From positions 9,625 through 73,624 of the forward strand of contig JANPJS010000034.1 of the NCBI GenBank assembly GCA_031425655.1: a DNA stretch of 64,000 bases. The letters are read 5' to 3'. The DNA comes from Abditibacteriaceae bacterium (lineage in GTDB: Bacteria; Armatimonadota; Abditibacteriia; Abditibacteriales; Abditibacteriaceae). A program made the position numbers and the translations under genes. The notes beneath the pieces are model-generated. The model was not told where the DNA came from. It made no database searches and worked only from the letters and a program-made list of their open reading frames with translations. Shown here one piece after another: positions 53,444 through 61,265 of the stretch. How positions within the stretch are numbered: the first letter of the stretch is position 1; every line of letters begins with the position of its first letter.

Positions 53444-54940
53444 ATGCTCACCACCAAATCGCCTCTTAAAATTGTCTTCATCGCCTCGGAATGCGCGCCG
53501 TATGCCAAAACCGGCGGCTTGGCCGACGCCGTGGCCGGTCTTGCCAAAGCCCTCGTCGGCGCCGGGCACGACGTGCGCGTGATTATTCCGCTTTACGCGG
53601 CCATTGACCGCATTCGTTACGAAATTCAGCCCGATGGCGATTCGTGCGCGCACATGGGCGAAGGCGAAGAACAGTGGGTCGGCGTTCACAAAGCGCTGCT
53701 CGACGGCGTGGTGCCCGTTTGGTTCGTGGACTGCGAACGCTATTTCGGCAGGCCCGGCTATTATGATTTCGGCGGCGGCGAATACTCGGATAACGCTTTT
53801 CGCTACGCTCTGTTTTCCAAAGCCGCGCTGCAAATCTGCAAAGATCGCGCGTGGACGCCGGACGTGGCGCACATTCACGATTGGCCAACCGGACTTGTGC
53901 CGGTCTTTCTGAAAACGTGGGATCGCATTTTGTCGCCTCTCTCGAATACGGCCAGCGTATTGACGATTCACAATATCGGCTATCAGGGCGTTTATCACGA
54001 CTCGGTTTTTCGTTATATCGGCATCGGAGTCGAGCATTTTCGCTCCGACCGCCTTGAAGATCACGGACGCATGAATTTGCTCAAAGCCGGCGTCAACTAT
54101 GCCGACGCCATCACGACGGTTTCGCCGACGCACGCGCAGGAAATACTCACAACCGAAGGCGCGCACGGTTTGGCGCCGTATCTCAATTATCGCCGCCGCG
54201 ACCTGTTTGGCATTCTCAACGGCGTGGATTACGATCACTGGGATCCGGCGACCGATAAATTGATTCCCGCGAACTTCACGCCCGCCGATTTATCGGGCAA
54301 AGCGACGTGCAAACGCGCTTTGCAAGAGCGTTTTGGCCTCGAACAGCGCGAAGATGTGCCGATTTTCGGCATCGTGTCGCGTTTTGCCCATCAAAAAGGC
54401 TTTCATCTGCTGCGCGAGGCTTTGCCGCGCATTGTTAACACCATGAACATTCAAGTCGTGGTGCTGGGCAGCGGCGATGACGACACGGAAAACTTCTTTC
54501 ACTGGCTGACGGCCACGCATCCGGGCCGCGTCGGCAGTTACATCGGCTTCTCGAACCAACTGGCGCACCTCATCGAAGCGGGCAGCGATTTCTTCCTCAT
54601 GCCTTCGCTTTACGAGCCGTGCGGCTTGAACCAAATCTACTCGTTGAAATACGGCACGCTGCCGGTTGTCCACGCCACGGGCGGGCTTGACGACACCGTC
54701 GAAAACTACGACCAAAGCACGGGCGGCGGCACCGGCTTCAAATTCTGGGGCGCCACAGCCGGCGCGCTTTACGACACGGTCGGCTGGGCCAACGCAACGT
54801 GGTGGGACAGACCGAAACACATCGCACAACTTCGACAGAACGCGATGGCCAAGCACTTTTCATGGGACGACACGGTGCCGGAATATATGCAGGTTTACGA
54901 ACACGCGATTCAAAACCGGCGCGGCCTCGGAGCCAATTAA
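53444..54940 (+). CDS. glgA: glycogen synthase (ADP-glucose type)
   Basis: KIVFIASECAPYAKTGGLADAV, HDWPTGLVP and LMPSLYEPCGLNQIY. Confidence 0.9.
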   Translation: MLTTKSPLKIVFIASECAPYAKTGGLADAVAGLAKALVGAGHDVRVIIPLYAAIDRIRYEIQPDGDSCAHMGEGEEQWVGVHKALLDGVVPVWFVDCERYFGRPGYYDFGGGEYSDNAFRYALFSKAALQICKDRAWTPDVAHIHDWPTGLVPVFLKTWDRILSPLSNTASVLTIHNIGYQGVYHDSVFRYIGIGVEHFRSDRLEDHGRMNLLKAGVNYADAITTVSPTHAQEILTTEGAHGLAPYLNYRRRDLFGILNGVDYDHWDPATDKLIPANFTPADLSGKATCKRALQERFGLEQREDVPIFGIVSRFAHQKGFHLLREALPRIVNTMNIQVVVLGSGDDDTENFFHWLTATHPGRVGSYIGFSNQLAHLIEAGSDFFLMPSLYEPCGLNQIYSLKYGTLPVVHATGGLDDTVENYDQSTGGGTGFKFWGATAGALYDTVGWANATWWDRPKHIAQLRQNAMAKHFSWDDTVPEYMQVYEHAIQNRRGLGAN

Positions 54941-55000
54941 ACACAAAGGCGCAAAGGCACAAAGAGAAAATTCTTTGTGTCTTTGTGCCTTTGTGTTTAA
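54937..55000. repeat. long hairpin element (CAAAG-word subfamily) overlapping the glgA stop
   Basis: ttaaacacaaaggcgcaaaggcacaaagag (54937-54966) pairs with ttctttgtgtctttgtgcctttgtgtttaa (54971-55000). The two non-Watson-Crick positions are G.U pairs only in the plus-strand (glgA) transcript. Confidence 0.9.
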
Positions 55001-55008
55001 TTGAATTT

Positions 55009-57270
55009 ATGCTTCGCCTCCTTTGTCTTTCGTTAATTCTCACGTTTCCCGCGTTGGCCCAACCCGACACGCGCGCTATCGCGCAACGCCTCGCCGTTGC
55101 CAACGAAAAGTTCTGGAGAGCCACGCAGGAGCCGAAAGGCAGCGTCGCAGCGCGCACCCTGTTCGCTTATGCGTTCGTGCTGTGCGAGGCGAATCAGAAT
55201 CTCGAACGCCTCGAACCGCTTTTCGATCTCGCGGCGCGGATGCAAGACCGCAACGAGGCCAGCAAAAGCTTCGGCAACTTCAAGTGGAAATGGGAAGACA
55301 AAGCCATCGTAGATTACAACGCGGTGGATTTTTCGATGCGCGGCGGCTCGCTGCTCTGGCTCAAGCACCGCGATAAAATCCCGGCCTCGGCGCGTGCAAA
55401 GCTCGCCGAACTTCTGAAATTCGCCACGCAAGGCTGTCTGCGCCACAAGGTCAACGAAGCCTACACCAACATCGCGCTGATGAACGCCGGCGATTTGATT
55501 CTGCTCGGCGAGGCGCAAAACCTGCCCGCCGTGGCCGACGAAGGCTACAAACGCCTCGAACGCGCCCTGCTTTACACCCACGAATTCGGCACCCACGAAT
55601 ACGTCAGCCCGACCTATTACGGCCCCGACCTCGACGCGCTGGTGATGATCGAAGCCTATGCGAAGCGCGAGCGCGGCGTGGAGCAGGCGCGGGCGTTATT
55701 AAATTATTTCTGGCACGACATCGCGCTCAACTGGTTCGCGCCCGCGCAGAAGCTTTCCGGCGCCCATTCGCGCTCCTACGATTATCTGCGCGGGCTTGGC
55801 GAAGCCGACAAACACTTCGTGCAAGCCGGTTGGCTGGAAGGCGAACTGCGCGAACTTGACAGCATTTACACCGCACAGGCGCGCTGGATGCCGCCCGCCG
55901 AATTAAAGACGCTGAACGCGCAATATCCGCGACTCGTGCAGCAAAAATGGGGCGTGGAAGCCGCGCAATGGCGCACGAACTTTGTGCAACGCGACGTGGC
56001 GCTGTCCACGGCGGGCGCGTCCTACGGCGGCAAGATGGACTTTCCGCTGACGGTGGATTTTCCCGGCCCACGCGATAGCGTGCGCTGTTATTTCACCAGC
56101 GACGGGCGCGGCGACCCCTACGGCAAAATCAAAATCGCCGAAAGCGCCACGCACAGCAAAGCGTTGCATTTGAACCCGCTCTGGACTGCGAGGCAGGTTC
56201 AAAGCAAAGCCATTGGCATTGTAAGGTATCGCGATGGTGACATTCCGCCCGAAGCGGAAAATTTGGAATCGCATTTCGTGATGCCTTTCGACAACGATGG
56301 CTTATGGATTGACGACCGCAAAATTGAATTTGTCAAAGGACAGGCGGCGAGCTTTGCCGTTCAGTCGAAAGAAACGGTATCTCTGCGGAAAGGCAGTGCC
56401 GGATTGATTTTGCGGGTGCCTTGGTCGGCGGACATCAAGGGCGAAGGCGCGCCGGTTAGTCTGGTTTATGACGGCAATGCGTTCGGCGCAATTCGGCTCA
56501 CCGTGACGCACTGTCGCGGCGTGCCAATTGGCGTTGTAAAGCAGGAACAGAATTTATCCGGCGCTGCGTTTGTCGTGAATGTGGGCAGCGACTTGAAGTC
56601 CGACGAAAATTTGCAGGTCTTTCGCCGCCGGATTCTTGAACGCCCGATTGGTATCATGATTTTGCCGGGTGCCGGGGCGATTATCTCGAACGGGCAAACT
56701 TTCCCGGTCAACTTGCCAGCAGGCGCCGGAACTCTTTGGCACAACGGCCAAGAAATTGGCCGCAAAATTCTCGAAGCCGCCGAACCGCTGAAAAGCGGCA
56801 CGCGCATCGGCGCCGTGCCCGAATTGAAGCTTCCCGCGACCGGCGGCGTGTATTTCGAGGCCGAAACGGGCCAAATCATGCCCGGCTTTGAAATCGGCGG
56901 CGACGCGGCGGCTTCGGGCGGCAAATTCGTGTGGATGCCGGGCGAACCCGGTCTGGGCGGAGGCGGCAACGGCAACGCGACGTGGGCGCTCAATCCGGCG
57001 CAGCCCGGCGATTATACCCTGTGGGGCCGCGTGATGGCCGCAACGCCCGACGACGATTCGTTTTTCGTGCGCCTTTTCGGCGACACAGCCGAGCAGTTGC
57101 CCGCGACAACGTGGAGCATCGGCACGCACGCGCAATGGGAATGGGTGCGCTTCGACCAAAAACTGCCGCTGCCGCAAGGCTTAATCCGCTTGCAACTGCG
57201 CGTGCGCGAAGACTGCGCGAAGATTGACCGTTTGTTTTTGACGCGCGACGCGAAAGAAACCCCAAAATAA
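55009..57270 (+). CDS. secreted hypothetical protein, helical (alpha/alpha)-like body + C-terminal CBM-like beta-sandwich
   Basis: The ATG at 55009 gives the signal peptide MLRLLCLSLILTFPALAQ; the track start 54799 runs through the hairpin. The C-terminal GGKFVWMPGEPG...GDYTLWGRVMAATPDDDSFFVRL...IRLQLRVREDCAKIDRLFLT resembles carbohydrate-binding modules. Confidence 0.65.
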   Translation: MLRLLCLSLILTFPALAQPDTRAIAQRLAVANEKFWRATQEPKGSVAARTLFAYAFVLCEANQNLERLEPLFDLAARMQDRNEASKSFGNFKWKWEDKAIVDYNAVDFSMRGGSLLWLKHRDKIPASARAKLAELLKFATQGCLRHKVNEAYTNIALMNAGDLILLGEAQNLPAVADEGYKRLERALLYTHEFGTHEYVSPTYYGPDLDALVMIEAYAKRERGVEQARALLNYFWHDIALNWFAPAQKLSGAHSRSYDYLRGLGEADKHFVQAGWLEGELRELDSIYTAQARWMPPAELKTLNAQYPRLVQQKWGVEAAQWRTNFVQRDVALSTAGASYGGKMDFPLTVDFPGPRDSVRCYFTSDGRGDPYGKIKIAESATHSKALHLNPLWTARQVQSKAIGIVRYRDGDIPPEAENLESHFVMPFDNDGLWIDDRKIEFVKGQAASFAVQSKETVSLRKGSAGLILRVPWSADIKGEGAPVSLVYDGNAFGAIRLTVTHCRGVPIGVVKQEQNLSGAAFVVNVGSDLKSDENLQVFRRRILERPIGIMILPGAGAIISNGQTFPVNLPAGAGTLWHNGQEIGRKILEAAEPLKSGTRIGAVPELKLPATGGVYFEAETGQIMPGFEIGGDAAASGGKFVWMPGEPGLGGGGNGNATWALNPAQPGDYTLWGRVMAATPDDDSFFVRLFGDTAEQLPATTWSIGTHAQWEWVRFDQKLPLPQGLIRLQLRVREDCAKIDRLFLTRDAKETPK

Positions 57271-57273
57271 AAT

Positions 57274-57426
57274 CTCTCGCAAAGACGTCCTGCCCAAAGG
57301 GCGCCCGGCGCAAAGAGTTTTTGAACGGGACGTAATGGGCAAGGCGGTGAATCGCATACCATATCCGCGCAACCGCCTTGCCCTTCTTCAAAAAAACTCT
57401 TTGCGCCTTGGCGTCTTTGCGAGAGA
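57274..57426. repeat. 153-bp compound palindrome (CAAAG-word subfamily) between convergent genes
   Basis: Outer arms tctctcgcaaagacg / cgtctttgcgagaga. Middle arms ggcgcaaagagttttt (57307-57322) / aaaaactctttgcgcc (57392-57407). Inner arms gggcaaggcggt (57337-57348) / accgccttgccc (57372-57383). Confidence 0.9.
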
Positions 57427-57449
57427 CAAAAACGTCTCTGCGGTGAAAA

Positions 57450-59351
57450 TTACACCACGCCGCCTTCCATTTGCTGTGCCCACAGGTCGGCGTAATAGCT
57501 GTTTAGCACCATTAATTCTTCGTGGGTGCCCATTTCGACGATGCGACCTTTGTTCATGGCGACGATTAAATCGGCAGTGCGCGCCACGCTCAATCGGTGC
57601 GCGATGATGAACGTAGTGCGGCCCGATGACAGGCGATCTAACGCTTCCAAAACGAGCGATTCGCTGGTCGCATCGAGGTTGCTGGTCGCTTCGTCCAAAA
57701 TCAGCAGCGCCGGGTCTTTCAAAAAGGCGCGTCCGATGGCGATGCGTTGCACTTGGCCGCCTGAAAGCCCGACGCCGCGCTCGCCGACGATGGTGTCGTA
57801 GCCATCGGGCAGTTGCAAAATAAATTGCTCGGCGTTGGCGGCTCTGGCGGCGGCGTGGATTTCTTCGTCGCTGGCGCCGCGCCGTCCGTAAAGTAGGTTT
57901 TCGCGGACGGTGCCGCGAAACAAGACCGGCGCCTGCGGCACGATGCCGATGTTGCCGCGCAGCGAGTTGGTCGTCACGGTTTGAATATCCTGGCCGTCAA
58001 TCAGAATACGGCCTTGTTCGGGTGCATAAAAGCGCGAAAGCAGGCTCATCAGCGTGCTTTTGCCTGAACCGCTGCCGCCGACTAAAACCACGCGACCGCC
58101 CGGTTTGGCCTCGAAATTCACGTCTTGTAAAATCCATTTGCGCTCTTCGTCCGGGTAGCGAAACGAAATGCGCTCGAAGCGCACCCCGGCTGGCCGCGTG
58201 ACCTGCAAATCTTTGGCGTTTTCGGCGTCTTTGATGGCCGGAACCGTGTCGAAAAACTCGGCCACGCGGTCGGCGGCGACGGCGGTGACTTGCAACTGCG
58301 CGAACATATTGTTGATGAAGTTGACCGGCGCCAGCAGCATACCTGTATACAGATAAAACAGAACTACATCGCCTTCGGTGGCCTGCCCATGAATCACGCG
58401 ATAAGCGCCGAAAACCAAGACGATAATCGTTCCCAATGTGGAAAGCGATTCCGAAACCATCATCAATACGGCTTGCAAAAACACTTGGCGCAGCGTATAG
58501 CCGCGCAGAACCCGCACCTGGCCTTGCACGCGGCGACGTTCGTAGTCTTCATTGGTGAAGCTTTGCACTTCGCGGATCATCGAAATGCGCTCTTGCAAAT
58601 GCCCTGCAACGCGCGAGTTGGTTTCCAGCGTTTGACGGCTGGCGCGGCGCACACGGCCTTTCATGGCGCGCGTGGTGAGGCCAAAAGCCGGAACGGTTGC
58701 CAGCGACACCAAAGCCCATTGCCAGTCGTGATGAAAAAGCATACACAGCGACCAAATGGCGATCATGGCCTGCTGCGCGCCTTGAATGAAGAGCATATCG
58801 AAGGCGTTTTGTGCCGTCGCTACGTCGCCCATCACGCGCGTGACAATCGAACCCGTCGGGCGTTGATTGTGAAACTCCAGCGACAGCCTTTGAATGTGGT
58901 CGAAAAGCTGATAGCGAATGTCGCGCACGGCGTTGGTTTCGGCGACTTTGGCCCAATAATGCCGCGACAAAGTCACAATCGCGTGCATCACCATCAGGCC
59001 GGCGAGCAGCGGCATCATATTGAACAATGTTTCCAGCCGCTGGGCTTGCGTGGCGCCATGAACGCGAATGACATTGTCCATCACGTTCTTGAAGAACAGC
59101 GGCATATACAGCGGCAAAATCGTGCGTAGCAGGCCGGTGACGGTCGCGCCGACCAGCCACCAAGCGTAAGGTTTGGTGAAAGCCAGCAGGCGCCAGAGGT
59201 TTTTCAAACTGCCGTCGTCGGGAGCGGTGCTGCGTTCGGGATGGCGCCTGTCGGGGCGCGAGAAAACCGGCGGAATGGATTGGGGCGGAGCGGCCTGCGT
59301 GCTTCTCGTGGAAGGAGCAGTCGCGCCGCGTGTGAAGTGGAAACTTCTCAT
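57450..59351 (-). CDS. ABC exporter, fused permease/ATPase (MsbA/ABCB type)
   Basis: Six-TM N-terminal half, then GGSGSGKST, LSGGQVQRIAIGRA and ILDEATSNLD. Confidence 0.88.
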   Translation of the reverse strand: MRSFHFTRGATAPSTRSTQAAPPQSIPPVFSRPDRRHPERSTAPDDGSLKNLWRLLAFTKPYAWWLVGATVTGLLRTILPLYMPLFFKNVMDNVIRVHGATQAQRLETLFNMMPLLAGLMVMHAIVTLSRHYWAKVAETNAVRDIRYQLFDHIQRLSLEFHNQRPTGSIVTRVMGDVATAQNAFDMLFIQGAQQAMIAIWSLCMLFHHDWQWALVSLATVPAFGLTTRAMKGRVRRASRQTLETNSRVAGHLQERISMIREVQSFTNEDYERRRVQGQVRVLRGYTLRQVFLQAVLMMVSESLSTLGTIIVLVFGAYRVIHGQATEGDVVLFYLYTGMLLAPVNFINNMFAQLQVTAVAADRVAEFFDTVPAIKDAENAKDLQVTRPAGVRFERISFRYPDEERKWILQDVNFEAKPGGRVVLVGGSGSGKSTLMSLLSRFYAPEQGRILIDGQDIQTVTTNSLRGNIGIVPQAPVLFRGTVRENLLYGRRGASDEEIHAAARAANAEQFILQLPDGYDTIVGERGVGLSGGQVQRIAIGRAFLKDPALLILDEATSNLDATSESLVLEALDRLSSGRTTFIIAHRLSVARTADLIVAMNKGRIVEMGTHEELMVLNSYYADLWAQQMEGGVV

Positions 59352-59553
59352 GGCGGGGACTCTTCGTTACTTCGCGGAGACACTTCGGCTGAAGCGAAAC
59401 CAGAATTAAGGCGCTAAACGTCGCGCGACGAACCTTGTCTTAACCCATCATGCCACGCTTGTTAACCCAAAAAGCCAGTTTTATAAGTGTGCTTAGCGGA
59501 AGCGGTGTAATGATGGAGGGGCAACTTTGACCGCGATTTTTAGATTCTTCAAG

Positions 59554-59705
59554 GCAGGGCAAACGCATGAGGATTTTTAAGAGCAAAAGCGGTTGTCATT
59601 CTGAGCGGGCGCCCTCTGGGCAGGATTTGCTCGGAATGACACTCCTCTTTGGCCTCCCAATTCTCTAATGCGATTGCCCTGCAGGGCAATCGCATGAGGA
59701 TTTTT
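59554..59705. repeat. composite repeat region upstream of icd
   Basis: Direct 25-nt repeat gcagggcaa(a/t)cgcatgaggattttt at 59554-59578 and 59681-59705. A GTCATTCTGAGC-family hairpin lies at 59592-59640. A perfect 24-bp palindrome gcgattgccctgcagggcaatcgc lies at 59670-59693. Confidence 0.85.
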
Positions 59706-59767
59706 CGGTGTTTCCCAGAACTTGCCCTGCACCGCCAACCCAGGCGCGACGTTTTGCCGCAGTGCTT

Positions 59768-59776
59768 TGATATAAT
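59768..59776 (+). promoter_or_regulatory. candidate extended -10 promoter element for icd
   Basis: TGATATAAT (TGnTATAAT) sits 45 nt upstream of the icd ATG. No good -35 is seen. Confidence 0.4.
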
Positions 59777-59820
59777 GGCTTCGGGTTGCAAAACCTGAAA
59801 CCTCGAAACGGGTAGGAACT

Positions 59821-61128
59821 ATGAGCGAAGCGACTTCAACTCTCTCCGGCGAAAAAATTAGCATTGAAAATGGCATTTTGAACGTGCCCGACAACCCGAT
59901 TATTCCCTTCGTGCGCGGCGACGGCACCGGCCCCGACATCTGGGCGGCGTCCGTGCGCGTCTTCGATGCCGCTGTCGAAAAAGCTTACGGCGGCCAGCGG
60001 AGCATCGCGTGGAAGGAAGTTTTTGCGGGCGAAACCGCGTTTACACAGTTCAATAACTGGCTGCCGGACGAAACTGTCGAAGCCTTCCGCGAATATCTGG
60101 TCGGCATCAAAGGGCCTCTGACCACGCCGGTTGGCGGCGGCATCAGCAGCCTGAACGTGGCGCTGCGCCAGATGCTCGATCTTTACGTTTGCCTGCGTCC
60201 CGTGCGTTATTTTGAGGGCACGCCGTCGCCGGTCAAGCACCCCGAAAAAGTCGAAATGGTGATCTTCCGCGAAAATACCGAAGACATCTACGCTGGCCTT
60301 GATTTCAAGGCCGGTTCGGAAGAATCCATCAAAATGCTGCTCTTTTTGAAGGAGAATTTTCCCGATCAATTGAAGAAAATTCGCTTCGCCAATGATGAAC
60401 CGGTGCGCGTCGGCTTTGGCATCAAGCCGGTCAGCCGTCCGGGAACCGAGCGTTTAATCGGCGCGGCCATCGAATATGCCATTCGCCACAAGCGCAAAAG
60501 CGTGACGATTGTCCACAAGGGCAACATCATGAAGCACACCGAAGGCGCCTTCCGCGATTGGGGCTACGCGCACGCCGAGCGCATTTACGGACAGCACGTT
60601 TACACCTGGGCGACGTGGGAACGCACCAAAAAAGAAGTCGGCGAATCCGCCGCCAACGCCGAGCAAAAAGCCGCGTTAGCCGCCGGAAAAATCCTGATTA
60701 AAGACGCGATTGCCGACATCACTTTGCAACAAGTGCTGACGCGCCCCGAAGATTTCGATGTCATCGCCACGCTGAACCTGAACGGCGATTATCTCAGCGA
60801 TGCCTTAGCCGCGCAGGTTGGCGGCATCGGCATCGCGCCGGGCGGCAACATCAATTACTCGACGGGCCACGCCATTTTCGAGGCCACGCACGGCACCGCG
60901 CCCAAATACGCCGATCAAGACAAAGTCAATCCCGGCTCGGTCGTTTTGTCGGGCGAAATGATGCTGCGCTATTTGGGTTGGGGCGAGGCCGCCGACCTGA
61001 TTATCAAAGGCATTGACGGCGCCATTAAATCCAAGCGCGTCACTTACGATTTCGCGCGCTTGATGGACGGCGCGACAGAAATCAAATGCTCGGAATTCGG
61101 CCAGAACATCATTGACCACATGGCGTGA
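59821..61128 (+). CDS. icd: NADP-dependent isocitrate dehydrogenase
   Basis: 435 aa. [27 protein letters not shown] (the E. coli Ser113 region) and [22 protein letters not shown]. Confidence 0.92.
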   Translation: MSEATSTLSGEKISIENGILNVPDNPIIPFVRGDGTGPDIWAASVRVFDAAVEKAYGGQRSIAWKEVFAGETAFTQFNNWLPDETVEAFREYLVGIKGPLTTPVGGGISSLNVALRQMLDLYVCLRPVRYFEGTPSPVKHPEKVEMVIFRENTEDIYAGLDFKAGSEESIKMLLFLKENFPDQLKKIRFANDEPVRVGFGIKPVSRPGTERLIGAAIEYAIRHKRKSVTIVHKGNIMKHTEGAFRDWGYAHAERIYGQHVYTWATWERTKKEVGESAANAEQKAALAAGKILIKDAIADITLQQVLTRPEDFDVIATLNLNGDYLSDALAAQVGGIGIAPGGNINYSTGHAIFEATHGTAPKYADQDKVNPGSVVLSGEMMLRYLGWGEAADLIIKGIDGAIKSKRVTYDFARLMDGATEIKCSEFGQNIIDHMA

Positions 61129-61133
61129 TTGAG

Positions 61134-61243
61134 AAATGCAAAATGAAAAATGCAAAATTTAAAATGCAAAAGCGGTCGCGCGACGGCATATTCGGGATAA
61201 GCGGAACTTCATTTTTTCATTTTTCATTTTTCATTTTGCATTT
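61134..61243. repeat. long hairpin element (AATGCAAAA/ATGAAAAA-word type)
   Basis: Perfect 19-bp arms aaatgcaaaatgaaaaatg (61134-61152) and catttttcattttgcattt (61225-61243). Additional word copies occur inside each arm. Confidence 0.85.
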
Positions 61244-61265
61244 TCTGCGTTCGGGGCGTTTTGGT

